Positions 1 through 46,600 of a stretch of 64,000 nucleotides of DNA are shown piece by piece. How positions within the stretch are numbered: the stretch's first letter is position 1; every line of letters begins with the position of its first letter. The stretch is from the NCBI GenBank assembly GCA_044892525.1, contig CM097888.1, positions 60,016,001 through 60,080,000 of the forward strand, written 5' to 3'. Origin of the DNA: Schmidtea polychroa. Its lineage: Eukaryota. A model generated the notes under the pieces. That model saw nothing but the letters and a program-made list of their open reading frames with translations, made no database searches and was not told the origin of the DNA. A program made the position numbers and the translations under genes.

Positions 1-162
1 TTTTATATTTATAAAAAGAAAAAAGTTTTAAAAAAGTACTCGGCGAAATTTTGTGAGTTATGCATCGATAGAGAAAAGTTGATTTTCACATAACATTGAA
101 ATAAAAATTTAATTTTATCAATTGAGAAATTTATAGCAAAATTTTAATATATTGAATCACAG

Positions 163-726
163 ATGGACTCTTCATGGCACAAATCTCATAAATTTTATGA
201 TATTTGAGTTAATATCAAGCTCTTCCGTGCTTATTATTCAACAGTATTTATTTTAATATTTAGTTATTTCAAACAATCTAATTTTAAATTTATTACAATT
301 TTTAGAAGCAGAAATTCAGAAGTTACTCAGTCAAACTTTCTGAATCAGTATCCCCAGAAATTCGAAAGCACATTCAAGAGGTCATTCTCACTTGACGATA
401 ATTCTGCGTATCTTCCTGTAAATTCCACTACATTGACAAACAGTCCTCAACTAATAACTTTGGGATCCAGCAATGGATTTTCTGTCCATTCAAATTCTTA
501 TCAAGATAATCCAGCAATAAGCTTTGTAAGTTATCCGTCGGCTTATAATGAAATCTGTAAGCAAGATCCTCGGTCTGGGTACATGATTATGGCCCGAAAT
601 TGCGGTGAAAATAGTAATACAGATACCAATACCTTATCAAGTGGTAGTATTCCACCACCAGCGTTGCCTCCAAGACCAAATATCGATAATGAAAGTCCGA
701 TTTTACTTACTCAAAACTCAGAATAA
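163..726 (+). CDS. Last two coding exons (163-243, 306-726) of an unidentified gene entering from the left; low-complexity signalling-type C-terminal tail
   Basis: Acceptor cacAG at 161-162, donor GTattt at 244, acceptor ttttAG at 304-305. The only open frame of exon 163-243 (WTLHGTNLINFMIFELISSSSVLIIQ) joins in phase (CA|A) to the frame ending ...GYMIMARN...PPPALPPRPNIDNESPILLTQNSE*. AATAAA overlaps the stop. Confidence 0.7.
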
Positions 727-1124
727 AAACCTTTTATTAAATTCTCTGCAAATCATTTTTTATTCATATTGTTTTACATTTTTATACATTTATGAACGTC
801 TCATTTTTATGGCCAAATCGAATGTCAACCGAATAGTCGTTATATCAAATTTAACCATTTTGAATGCAAATATGGTGCGACGTATATTTAACACATTTGT
901 AGTAATTTTTTAAAATTTGTTAAATTTTCTATCATTATTGAGAATATTTTAAATTTTGTATATTATTAAATTGAAAAGGGAAATAAAAATAAGAAAGCAT
1001 GTCGTAATTTTATGTTTAATTGTACAAAAAATTTCTTTTCAATTTGATCACAGAATAAATTTTAATAAAAATATATAATTTTAGAGGAAGTTTCTTTGGT
1101 GCTTTATCTGGTTTTTTAATTGTT

Positions 1125-1129
<5 letters not shown>

Positions 1130-1212
<83 letters not shown>
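1130..1212. repeat. (TA)n microsatellite, about 41 units
   Basis: Directly visible. Confidence 0.99.
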
Positions 1213-1218
<6 letters not shown>

Positions 1219-1312
1219 CAAATATGTCTAACGAAATCAGTGAAGTTGCTGAAAAAATAGAATCATCAGAACTAGTTAAAGATATTGAACAAATCTGTCA
1301 AGCTCAATCAAC

Positions 1313-2444
1313 TAGAGTTTAGCGAGTCAATTAACGGTCGGTTTTTAACCCCTGTTTTCGGTTTTTTCTTACTTTTCCTTATTTCTGATATTTTAATGTA
1401 CTTAATAAATTTCCTCGGCAAGAAAACTTCTTATCAATGGAAAATCAAAATATTAAATTTTAAATCATTAATTATTAAAATTATTACAGTTTAATAATGT
1501 CGTCATCAAATGTATGGAAATATGCAGTAAAAAGAAAAAATCCATAAACGAAAAAATGTGAAGGTGTTTGTAACAATTGTGGATCGGCAATAAAATGTAG
1601 TGATGGATCTACAACTTCGTTGAAAAACCATATTTTAAGGCACGGTATAAAAGTAGATTCTGAAGTATGAAATGACAATATGGGTCCATCAACAACAAAG
1701 AAAGCCAAGACACTGGGCAGTTATTTTAAAATTAGCATAATTAAATGAACGAGTATTGGATATGGCCACTGACGGTGTTTCAATTCAAGCCATAACTCAT
1801 GGGTGTCCGCAGGAATTTTTCCAGGGAGACAAAAATATTTTTTTTACCAAGTAGACATTTTTTCTAGGAAGAAGAAAGTTGAAAAAAATTGCATGGGTAT
1901 AATAAATTGTTGGGACATTATACAAAATAGGTCTTTTATTCCGTTTATTTACAACATAGAACACTTTTTATTAATTTACAAAATAGAACAACTTTTTTTA
2001 TTCAATTATAAAATAAAATTACAGACTTATGAATCAAACGTTTGTGATCTTGATCAAATTTATTTAATGCATTGTTGACAATTAAACCAACGTCCACTGA
2101 TGTGGAGCGTGTTTTTTCAAACACAACCAATTTTTGTACTCGTCTTCGCTATCGCCTCTCAGATAAGTCATTGAATGTCTTAATTTTTTTGAAAGCATTT
2201 TATGGGAAAATGTAGATTATCTTAAGTTTTCAAGTTCTCATTTTTTACCGTTATATACGGAATAGAATTGAAGCAAATGCAAATAAATTGGATTTATTGG
2301 AAGTTTATTTTATGTTCTTTTCATTGAATAAATATACTTATAATATCTTAATGTATTTATACAATAATATATTAAAAAATAGACAAAATCTTCTAAAAAC
2401 CGAAAACCGCGGTTTTCAAAAAGACCGGTTTTTCCCAAACTCTA
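1313..2444 (+). mobile_element. Internally deleted hAT transposon (BED finger plus C-terminal dimerisation domain)
   Basis: Ends TAGAGTTT...AAACTCTA with AACCG/CGGTT subterminal motifs. About 1503-1660 translates SSNVWKYAVKRKNP*TKKCEGVCNNCGSAIKCSDGSTTSLKNHILRH (BED finger). About 2084-2215 translates KPTSTDVERVFSNTTNFCTRLRYRLSDKSLNVLIFLK (hAT dimerisation motif). No matching 8-bp TSD. Confidence 0.8.
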
Positions 2445-2520
2445 CTATTAGGATGTTCATCCTGTAAAACATTAAAATCAGTTTTTGTTTCCATAAATTT
2501 TATTTCAGTAAATATCAGTA

Positions 2521-3445
2521 CAGTAAAACCTCTACTTAAGACCACCTCCCTAAAGAGATCACCTCTAGTTAAGACCTCTATTTCTTCGGAACCAAATCTA
2601 CACAGTAGTTTACTGGGACAAATAACCCTCCATAATAGGACCACCCCTCTCGTTAAGACCACTTTTCGTAAAAAATATTTTTAGTTTAAATATTTTTTGT
2701 TTAAATATTTTTTTTAAATTAAAATGGGAGTAAAAAAACGAGAAAGGAGCTTACATTGAGCGAGAAGATGGATGTTATTAAATCTTCTGAGCGAGGAGAA
2801 GGACAGAGACTTATTGCAAGACGATTTTCTTGTAGTAAAACGCAAGTCCACAATATCATTGTTAACAAAGAAGAAATAAAGGAGCTTTGGAACAATAATG
2901 CAAATAAAAAACTAAAACGACTAACAAATCAGCAGTTTAAACTTATCAATGAGTATGTTCTAGAGTGGTATGAAAACAAAGTGCTGCGAGGCTTTCCTAT
3001 TAACGGAGAATTGTTGAAAGCATCAGCTAAGAAGATAGCTATTAGTCTAAACAACAATGTGTTTAAAGCTAGTAATGGCTGGTTGGAGAAATTCCTCAAG
3101 AGAAACAATATTACTTTGAGGGTTTTATCAGGTGAATCTGCTTCCGTAGAACCATCTATGCTATCTTATATTCAGCAGATTAAGAATCTTGGAATGGAAC
3201 TGGGTGACAATAAATTAGTTGACATAATGTTTCAAGCTGAACAAAAGTTGACGAATATGATAGTTTTTGATAACAGTGAAGCCAAATCGAAGAGACAAAC
3301 AACATTAGATGAGTTTTTATAGTAAAATCTTCAATTTAAGTCTAGTTTTCTTTATAAAAATAAAATCCTCTCTAATAGGACAACCTCTAGTAAAGACCAC
3401 TTTTGGTCCGGAACCAAGGGTGGTCCTATTAGAGAGGTTTCACTG
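2521..3445 (+). mobile_element. Tigger/pogo-like deletion derivative, 925 bp, with TIRs and TA TSD
   Basis: TA|CAGTAAAACCTCT...AGAGGTTTCACTG|TA. ORF 2756-3322 has HTH-psq and CENP-B HTH motifs (GFPINGELLKASA, FKASNGWLEKFLKRNNI) fused to a Tigger-type C-terminus (KRQTTLDEFL). No DDE domain. Confidence 0.9.
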
Positions 3446-3802
3446 TATCAAATTATATCTTCTTAAAACTTTCTTATTTAAACAAATTTTCTACGAAGAT
3501 ATTTTTAATTAAAAAATCTTATTTTAAAAATTAATCTAAAATTTAATTTTTAAAATTTTCAATTTAAAAATTTCTTCATCATAAAACTTCCTCATATCTA
3601 CAATCAACAGATGTCATAAATAAATACTACATTTTAATATCGAATTGTATCTTATGACTATATATAAGTTGTACAGAAACATGAGATAGGTTCCACAAAT
3701 AAAAACTCCTACAAAATTTAGTAATTAAAGAATCAAAATCAAGTTTTGTAGTTTAGTACATATACCCATACATATTTTAGTTATTAAATTTTTCATACAG
3801 AT

Positions 3803-6461
3803 TTAAAATGCACAACCATGACTTATTTCTTCCATTGTAATAGCATATGCTAGATAGCCGAGTCCTGAACCGCCTTCATCTTCAGGAGCAATCAGAGACA
3901 AGAGGCCGATTTTGGTCAATTTTTTAACCTATATTCACTGGTAAATTATTTAATTTTAAATTGTTTTTATAGTTTTAAAAAATTTAAAACCATTTATATC
4001 ACATAAAAAATGTAGTTAGTTTTTTACTGAACGATATCAGTAATTTATTCGATTGCTTTTTCCAATAATACAAGTTACCAAGATCCTCTAATTCTTTTAA
4101 ATTATTTTTTTATATAAATTTAATAAATTTTTCCTTTATGAAAATAAATCATAAATAAATATATTTTCATGTCATTAAAAATATTATTAACATTAAAAAA
4201 TTAAAAATATTTTAAAAAACCTTTTAATAATTGTAAATTCAGTGACAAATGTAACTTTTAAATTACAAACTACCCATAATGCATCCGTGTCACACATAAT
4301 TATTGATAGCTGGTGTATACGACTAAGCTTGAATCCTGAAATAAATATGATTGAAAATGAAGAAAATTTAGCTTTTAATCACATTTATCGATACACATAT
4401 CAAAATGGATGCTTCTTTCTGAAAGAAACGAGGTATGTTAGGTTGGATGCGGACGCTGGTAGGAACTAAAAAAGAAGGATATTTTTGTTTACTCCTCATG
4501 CATAAAATATTTCATATTTTTCAAAGTTGTCAAAAGTTCATCATTATTCATACATTGTTGACAATCGCTTCCGTTTTTATGCGAACACAAGTAAATTTTG
4601 GCTCGAATAATGCATGAATAAATTTCAATGTACAATCCATCAAGCGAAATATTTGATTATGCATTGGAGTATGGTACGCAAAGACTGCCTCGGTAATTGC
4701 TAATTCTTTTGCGCATTTTCATTTCCCAATGTTGTTTTCATTTATGTGCTGGCTATGAACTATGATTTTTTGAGATTAATTGTCTGCGCTGGAATTCAAA
4801 TATTTTTCTTTAAATAATAAAAATTAATTTTTCTGAAATATTCACAATTTATTCTTTAATGGAGATTTCATCATTTATCCACACAACAGATCCGAATTCA
4901 ACTTAACGAAAATAATTACATAAATGAAATGAAGAATAAACAGCTCATTTATTTTGTTCGATAAAGCATTTTTACCTTCGGAAGCTATGGGGAGAATTCA
5001 ATTTTAGAAATATCACAGTGGAAGTTAATTTCAAAAACAAAACATGAAAACAAAATCGGCATCTCAGAGCTTTCAGAGATAACATGGAAAATAGAAAAAA
5101 GGATGGAAAATGCCAAAAGCAGAAATGAAAAAATGACAAATTATCCCGAGTGCCGAACTGTTAGTGATAATACAAATTATGGGTAGACAGGCATGAAAAA
5201 ATGAATTATAAAAGCAAGTCTTCTTAACAGAATCAGAAGTTAGTGGTCGAGGGAAAAATTAAAAAGATAATCCAAAAATAATTCGGAATTAGAGAAATTA
5301 AAAGTGAGAAATTAGAAATTGGAAAGAAAAGAAAATATTTGAACTAAACGGTACTGTGTAATTACCTATTTCAGTGTTGAATTGATCGTGTTGTTATAAA
5401 TCGTGTAATCAATTGTGATAATCAATAAAGATTTATATTGTCTGAGAATTGTTATTTTATGGACCAAATAAAGCACGCTTTGGAGTCAGAGATTTGATTG
5501 GTAACTTTTAAATATTACCACCAACCCAGTAACCCAACAATAGAATGGAAATTGCCTGTTCCGTTGAGTGACGGGGAGAGTTGGTGAAATTTGCCAATCG
5601 AATCTATAGTTAACTTGTAAACTCTTTATTGATTTCGAGAATTTGTAAAAATTAAATTAAATGTACTAATTTTGGAGTTGAAATAAGTGTTAAAAATAAG
5701 TGTGCAAAAATTTGGAGGAAATAAACGGTTAGAGTTTTGTTTATTTTAAAAAGTACACAAGGAATTATAAAAGATAATCTCACATCGAATTATTGAAAAC
5801 TTAAAAAAGATTACACCAGAAAAATTTAAAATTCGATAAATCCTTTGTAAGACAATTGGATTTGGCAACGACTATGATACGGAAATTGTAGAAATCCTCA
5901 CTATCAACTTAAAATTTGGAGTGGTTGAAGCTCATCAACATTACTGTGTGATTAAATCGGCAACAATTTTCTTTTTAATGGTCGACTTGAACCGAAACTT
6001 ACTATTATTGCTACTCTTTTTGATAATAAATCAAAAAAATATGTATTTTATGAGAAGTTTAAAGAACATTTTAAAGAATAAAAATAACAAAATCAGGGAA
6101 GCAAAAGTAATTTTTCCACATGTGATAAAAAAAATAAAACGAATCAAATTAATACCAAAAATAGTATATATTAGTATATATTATAGTATATATTATAATG
6201 CAAATTTTTTCTGTCAATATAATTATGAAATTATAAAAGAACAAATACTTCATCAGTTGGAAACTCCAAAATACTAGCTTTGGGAATTAATTCCTTATTA
6301 GCAAATTCTCTGTATGTTCTTTGAAGAAGCTTATGTGTTTCAGGTAAATCAGACACTGTAAACATTCTTTTAACTATTAGAGGAATTATTAAAAGCTGTA
6401 TTTAATTCTAAATCATACCCATATAATTAGGAAATTTCTTAACTAGACGTTGAAAATTCAT
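3803..6461 (-). pseudogene. Truncated tandem paralog of ACADS; exons 6461-6419, 6373-6249, 3928-3803; 97 aa; pseudogene or microprotein
   Basis: Spliced translation MNFQRLVKKFPNYMVKRMFTVSDLPETHKLLQRTYREFANKELIPKASILEFPTDE|[41 protein letters not shown]. All GT-AG sites are intact, and intron phases match ACADS introns 1-2. Confidence 0.9.
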
Positions 6462-7659
6462 GTTTGGAAAATACAATAGTTTATTATCCTATGAAATGAA
6501 ATAATTGTTTAAAGGTTTATCATTTTAATTGGTTAAGAGTAAAGCTATAATATAGGTCAATATTATAAATTAAATCATTAATGAAAATAATTAAAAATTA
6601 AATTTTGTCAAGTGCATATTGCTACATAATATTATTGTTAGGGATATTTAAATATTTAATTTATAAATAAAATATATATTATATTATAAGAAAAAGTATA
6701 ATAAGTATAAAAGCTGGCACGCATAATTATCATTATTATTTAATTAATTAATTCGCCATTTAAATCGGGTGTTTTAATAATACCAGATTTGGGCAATAAT
6801 TTGTATTTTGCATTTTGTATTAAAAATAAATATTTCTAGATTATTAACTGGTTATTATTAACAATTATCATTCTAATAGAATATAACATATATAAGTATT
6901 AGTTTTTTTATTTATTTAGATACTTTGTTTTTTGTTGAATGTGGTATCAAAAATTTTATTAGTCAAAATAAAAAAATAATTTAACCTACCATCTCTGTAG
7001 ATTTTCCCCGGAATACCCTTAAATCTATCTTTTTAAAATTATAAACAGAAGCAAGAAATTTGTTTATACATATCAAAATATAACCCTAACTATAAAAATA
7101 AAAACTTTGTTTTGTATTTTAAAATAACAATTTATAAATAATTTAAAATTACTTTTTACATGGTTGTTATTTATGTGGAAATTAAAAGCGGGAAATTGAA
7201 CTGAATAAAATTAATAATGAAATAAAATAATTTATGGAAAACCCCCTTAAACACTGGTAAGGAGTAAAAAAAACACATTAATACCGAAATAAATTAAATT
7301 GTTTTGGAATTTCAGTTAAAGAACTAATTTTAAATAGGAGACGGACATGAAAGAAATTATTATTGTATTGGCGGTTTACTGAGGACTCTAAAGAAGCGTG
7401 ACGATGAACTGAGAACACAAAATACTTTACAGAAATATAATTTTTAAATGTTATTGACTAGTTTGCGTTTTTAAATCCTTAAAGTGATGACTTAGGAAAG
7501 CAGAATTTTTTACCGACAGAATCGTCTCACCATTGACTTATACCCTGTTGGCATGTGTTGTATAATACTCTAATTATTCAAAATTTATTTAGAAATTTTA
7601 TAGCTCAATGTTATATTCAGTGTGGTATTAATAAATCTCTATAGTGTTTAGAGTTCATC

Positions 7660-9950
7660 GATTTGATACCAAAGATCAAGATTAGAATCAGAGTGTGAAT
7701 CAATAAAACTTTTCATTATTGTCTTAATTTAAAACCACGACACAACTGTATATCCACTAAATTGCAAATTATCCAAAATTACTCAACAGTCGTCTTCAAA
7801 AAACTTGTAGAACCAGCTGGTTGTATCGGGTTATTTCAGGTCGATTCACCTGAATTCATCACTCCAAAAGAAGGGTCAATTATCTTCCATGAATTTTGTT
7901 GTAGACACCAGTTGTTACGTATATGTATTACCAGTCAATTTATTCAAAAAGATTTAGTTAATTGATAAAATAGAAGGAACAGAATTCCAAGATATAAAAA
8001 CAATAGGAATTATTCTTAAATTAAATTCACCTTGGGTGTCGGCTTTATATGTGATACATAAAAATGATGGATCTTGGCAACCACACAGTTACTGTAGAAA
8101 GTTAAATGCCGTCAGAGGACTAGACACTTACTCTATGGCACTGATTCATGACATCACGACGAGATTTGAAAGATACTCCGCTTTTTCTAAACTGGATTTG
8201 AGACAAGTCTTTAATCAAGTGCCAATAGCACCCAAAGACAGTTCGAAGGCCGCGATAACAACTCCCTTCGGATTATTTGAATATCCTCAAGTGCCTTTCC
8301 CATTTTCAAATGCTGCACAGATTTTTCATAGGTTCACTGATCAGGTACTACTACATCTTTATTCTGTGGCGGTATATGTCGATGACATAAATCCATAATC
8401 GCATAAAGCATTTGTCAGAACTTTTCCATCGACTTTAAAATCAGAATATGCACATCAATCAATTAAAATTTTCTCTTGACAAGTACTCAGCACCATTCAT
8501 TGGACAATTAATACGAATAAAAGCCTCGTCCGGAGAATATCAAAATTGCCAAGGAGTTTCCCAGACCTCAAACAATAACACAATTGGGCAACTTTATAGG
8601 TTTGATTTATTTCTATCATAATTTTATTAAGAACTACCTTGGACTTCTGACTTCTTATTCTACAATTATGTACGGTCCTAAGTATGATGTTGAAACTTGA
8701 ACAAAAGAAAGAGAAGAAGCCTTTATTAACTCTCAATATGCTCTAGTGCTGATATTAGTGTCAAAGTTTCCGGTGCAAAATGTCGAATAAAATCTTACCA
8801 CAGAAGCCTCAGACATAACTATAGAGATATTGTTACATCGACGTAGCAAGTTTTACATTAGTGCTTTTTTTTGCAATGCAAACGGAAGTATTTGATGTTT
8901 GATAGAGAGCTTTTGGGAATCACAGTCAATAAAATATTTTCAATACATGATGGAAGAGTGATTGTTTGTTACTTATACTAACCACAAACCACCCACTAGA
9001 CAACAAAGATAGCTATATGTCCGAGTTTGATTGTCAAATCAGGTTTATCTAATGTCGCAATAATATTGTAGCTAATTGTTTCGTAGAGCAATAGAGCAAT
9101 TAAAAAAAGTACCTTCAAGAAATGGATTGATTAACAAGTCTCTGATTATAAAATAGACAGATGGTGTCCTATAATATACGTCTATTCAATGTATCGCGCG
9201 CCCTGTTTTTGGAAAGAACCTTCAATATTTGGCATTCAGTTCGAACCACGAACTTATGAATATCCGTGGAAGAGTTTACTGAAAATCAGTGAGACAAGAC
9301 ACCAAAAACTGTTATAAATCAAGACAGCCTTGCTAATTTTAGAAGATCGTACGCCAGAGCATTTGCATTTCGAATTCGATCTATTCAAGAATCTATCAGT
9401 CCTATGATTATAATCCAATTACCCTCCAATTCAATACCCCAGAGAAATTACCGCAATTTAAAGAATTCGCAAAGAAATCGACAAGTATGATTGGACAAAA
9501 ACGCCGCCTACGTATTATTTTGATAGAAAACACATAATGTTAAAAGCGTCTAACCATGATATTATCACGATTTTAGATAAACCTGATATGGCAATCAAAC
9601 TAGAGTGTATAGCCAAGCTGTCGCTGTAGTCTAGTGAACGGTCAATTGAGTATTGTCATGGAGGACACATATTCCGACACAACCAAAGTATCCAGATCCT
9701 CCAACCTTACAAGATTTCATTTTTGGACCAGAGATACAAATCCATTTTACTTAACTAACAAACCACATATTACAATGAAATTTTCAAACTGTGAAGCGAT
9801 TTTGATCTGTTCATTATAAGATTCATCTGAGCCGCCAATGTATCATGAACTTTACAAGCTAGTAGAAGCAATCACAACAGTCAGACGCTCTTCAGCAGGT
9901 ATTTTGTCAAAGATATTTGCCAATAAGTTTTATATAGGAGGGGACATTAC
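7660..9950 (+). mobile_element. Degenerate Ty3/Gypsy LTR retrotransposon (gag, RT, RNase H and integrase remnants)
   Basis: 8036-8398 has Gypsy RT motifs (FSKLDLRQVFNQVP, TTPFGLFEY, YVDDI). RNase H-like remnants at about 8790-9070, purine tract at about 9935. Many stops and frameshifts. Confidence 0.8.
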
Positions 9951-10153
9951 AGTGAATTATAAATAAATTTATTTTAATATTTAAAAAGGGAATAGAAAAA
10001 TCACTTTTTGAATTTTTGTCCAAATAAAATTATTCAATTACTTGTCCTCAATATTGACAACTTTTATCATCATAATTATCTGTTCAAGAAGAAATTACTA
10101 TTATAAAATGGATAAATTAAAACAAATATTTTTTTTATTAAAAAATTACAAAA

Positions 10154-43461
<33,308 letters not shown>

Positions 43462-43689
43462 TATCAAATTTTAAAAATATTAAACTAAAAATTAAAAATG
43501 ATTAATTTAAACAAACCATTATAAAATAATTTAAAAATAATGAAAAATAATCACAATTTATTAGCAAAAAAATAATGAAAGCCAAAACGTTTTACATACA
43601 TAAAATTATTTACAATTTCAAGGATTTCATTAGGTTATTGAAAATTTAACACTACCTAGTATGAAATTACAACAATGGAGCACAATTTA

Positions 43690-46600
43690 TTAGGCAAACT
43701 CCGATAGTTTTGTCTCTTTAAAAAGCTGTTTCAAATATTGAATACCAGAAGAAACTTTAATTGCCGGTCCCAATTTCATACCTAGAACCTTCATTAAATC
43801 CATCTGTTTAAGACACATAAATGCAGCTCCATCGACTTCCTACAAAACCAATTTCTCAAAAGAAAATTCACATAAAATATAATTTACTTGATCAATAAAA
43901 GTTTTACTATATTGATCAGTTCCAATAACCGAAGATATTAATTGAGAAACTTCTTGACTATTCCATTGTAAAATTGATTTTTTAATATCCATTTCTTTGA
44001 TTTGGTCATTTATGTTTGAATTCTTTTTTTTATTTGATCCTCTTTTGCTTTTATTTTTTGTTTTTATATTTTTAATATTCTGTACATCTTGAATTATCTG
44101 AGAATTTTCCTCTTTTACCAATTTTAATGGGGGTAATATCTGCTCAACTATATTCCATTCCATAATGCGACGATAATCATCACTGGGATGATAAGGTGTT
44201 CGATTGGTATATGGTTTTAATACCGAGGAGGAAACAATGGCTACTGGATTGGGAATGAGATTTTTTGGTGGGTGATATTGAAAGAAAAATTTTTGATCTT
44301 CCCGAAATAACTCACAATTTTCGTCTTGTTCTTTCAGTTCTTGAAGAGATAAGGTAGGTGGGAAATCATAAATTTTAATCTGATGAAAATCACAAGGTGA
44401 ATTCTCAGTAAGTTGAGAATCATCAGGTCTAAAAATATAAAAATATATTATATAATGATTATATTAAACAATCAATTGTATTTTTGTTATTCATAGAAAC
44501 TCAGTTATATATTTAGAAAAACAAAAAGTGAATTAATCGTATTAGGCTCCTAATACATTGTAATGTAATTATTGCAACTGTTTCCTGCCAGCTTTTGAAT
44601 TTTTGATTACTATTAGAATCATTTAATCCCATATTTAATTCAATACGACATTTCACCTAGCAATTTACAATGCTCCTTGATTTTGGCACAGACTATTAAT
44701 TGGGACCAGAAATACACAAACATAAAACAAAATACATGAAAAACAAAATTTGGAATTTCTGAAGTAAATTTATATAGATATTAAATTACTAGAAAACATT
44801 TCAATTCAATTTGTTTAGATCACATCTAATATATAAAGATGAAAGTTTGTTTGTTAGTTTGTTACCCATAGAATTCCCCACTATTGGACCTAGGGTGCTG
44901 AAATTTTGCATGTGACCCTCATTTAACTCGGTACAGTTCATAGGCTGTTTCAACCCCAGGGTCACCTTGATTTACTACAGTAGATACCATTTCTGGTACG
45001 CTCGATTCGAAAATATATAGCTATAAATTTGTTCAATTCTCCTTTGCTTTCTCTCGCTAGATTGTGCCTTTGCGTTTCTTCGACCTACTGGCAATTCTGC
45101 TTACTTGCCGATCGCTTTTATACCCATTTCGTAATTTGATTTTACCTTGTCAAATTATTTTGGATCCATTTTCCGCGGGCTTCCTCTTATCTGCCTATTT
45201 AGTTCGGGCAATTTTCTTCTCTTTTTGATAGCTTGCCCCAATTTTAATTTAATTGCTTCTAGCTAATTTGATTGACCATTCGGGTCCTCTCACACTGATC
45301 GGGTTTTCCATTAGCTCAGGTTTTCTATTAGCTAATTAATTTTTAATTAATTTTAGTTTTTTGTAATTAATTCCTTCTAGGGAGCTCCCTTTGATTTTAT
45401 TTTTTTTGAACTCGTCTCATTGTTCGGCATCCACCTATACCAGTTTCCCCGGAAAATATTCATTTTTAATTTATTTTTGATTTTTAATTAATATTTTTAT
45501 ACTTTGGTTTATTATTGTGAATTTGGTGTTTTTATTGATTTTTAACTTCATTTTTGTACCAATCTTGTTAAACCCCAACAATATATTTATTTGTAAAATG
45601 TAACAATTATATCAGATTAAAAGAAAAAACCATTAACTGCTGACGAAATGACACTTGCTTTTGAATGGAGTTTTTTGTTTTATTTTTGAATGTAGTTTGT
45701 GTCGATTAAAATTAATTTTTAACAAAAATTAATTTTAATAATTTTTCTGAATATCTTTGGAATAAATTCTACCAAAGTTTTTTATAAATTATCTAAATTT
45801 CCACATTTCTATGAAATTTCTATCACATCAAAAATATTTTCAAAATTATTGGTAATTCCTTTTTTATATTCTTATTTATTTTCAAACGGTGTATTTTTTA
45901 TAAAATAAATTTGTATTATACAACCCGTATTTATGCATTATCTAGAAGATTTATCTAGAAGATTTATCTTTATTGAAAAGGGAATATCAAAAACATCGAT
46001 TATTTACTGATTCATAGTCAAGCTTTTTAATAAACATAATTATTCATTATAAATGTATTAAATATTTTGTTAGTTTTGTCCAATACTTAGTTTTAAAAAT
46101 TCTGGAAAACAATCTTATTTTCGTAAATATTTAAAATTATTAATATTATATTATTATAGATACGCTGCATTAGTGAGGCACGAGGAAAAGTTTGATTAAA
46201 ATTATTATTTATTATATAAAATAACTGATAAATTAAAAGGTTTTTATAAAATAATGAAATATAATTTTTTGCGATAAGATAATAAGTCTACCTAATTGCA
46301 TTGAGTTTATATAATCTATACAAATTTTCTACACTTCGCTAAAAATAAATATGATTCCTTGAACTTAATATTTTGATTTTATTAATGGCTTTTCCACTAC
46401 AATTTTTGAAAATTTATTTTTCCTCATAAAATTTATGTTTTACTGTGTATAAACTAACTTTTGTCTGTAGTTTTAGTTTAAATTAATTTTCTTCGGTTTT
46501 CGATCATAATTACTTTTTGACATGTGACTATTAAAAACATTTCGTAATAAAAATTACTGTAATTTTCCAGTTATTTGCAAATTACTTGATTCGGCAACTT

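Noticed and set aside
605-913. ORF 605-913 and most other 60-120 aa ORFs in the track
   Set aside because: Alternate frames of real exons, or I/F/K/N-rich chance ORFs in about 70% AT DNA, with no recognisable motifs
1-3802. Remaining exons of the ACADS paralog
   Set aside because: No ACAD motifs (FALSEP, WITNG, GGRLGIA, YEGT) were found on the minus strand left of the stop at 3803
4240-6100. GC-richer patches inside paralog intron 2 (possible LINE endonuclease or Gypsy protease relics)
   Set aside because: No motif strong enough to assign a family
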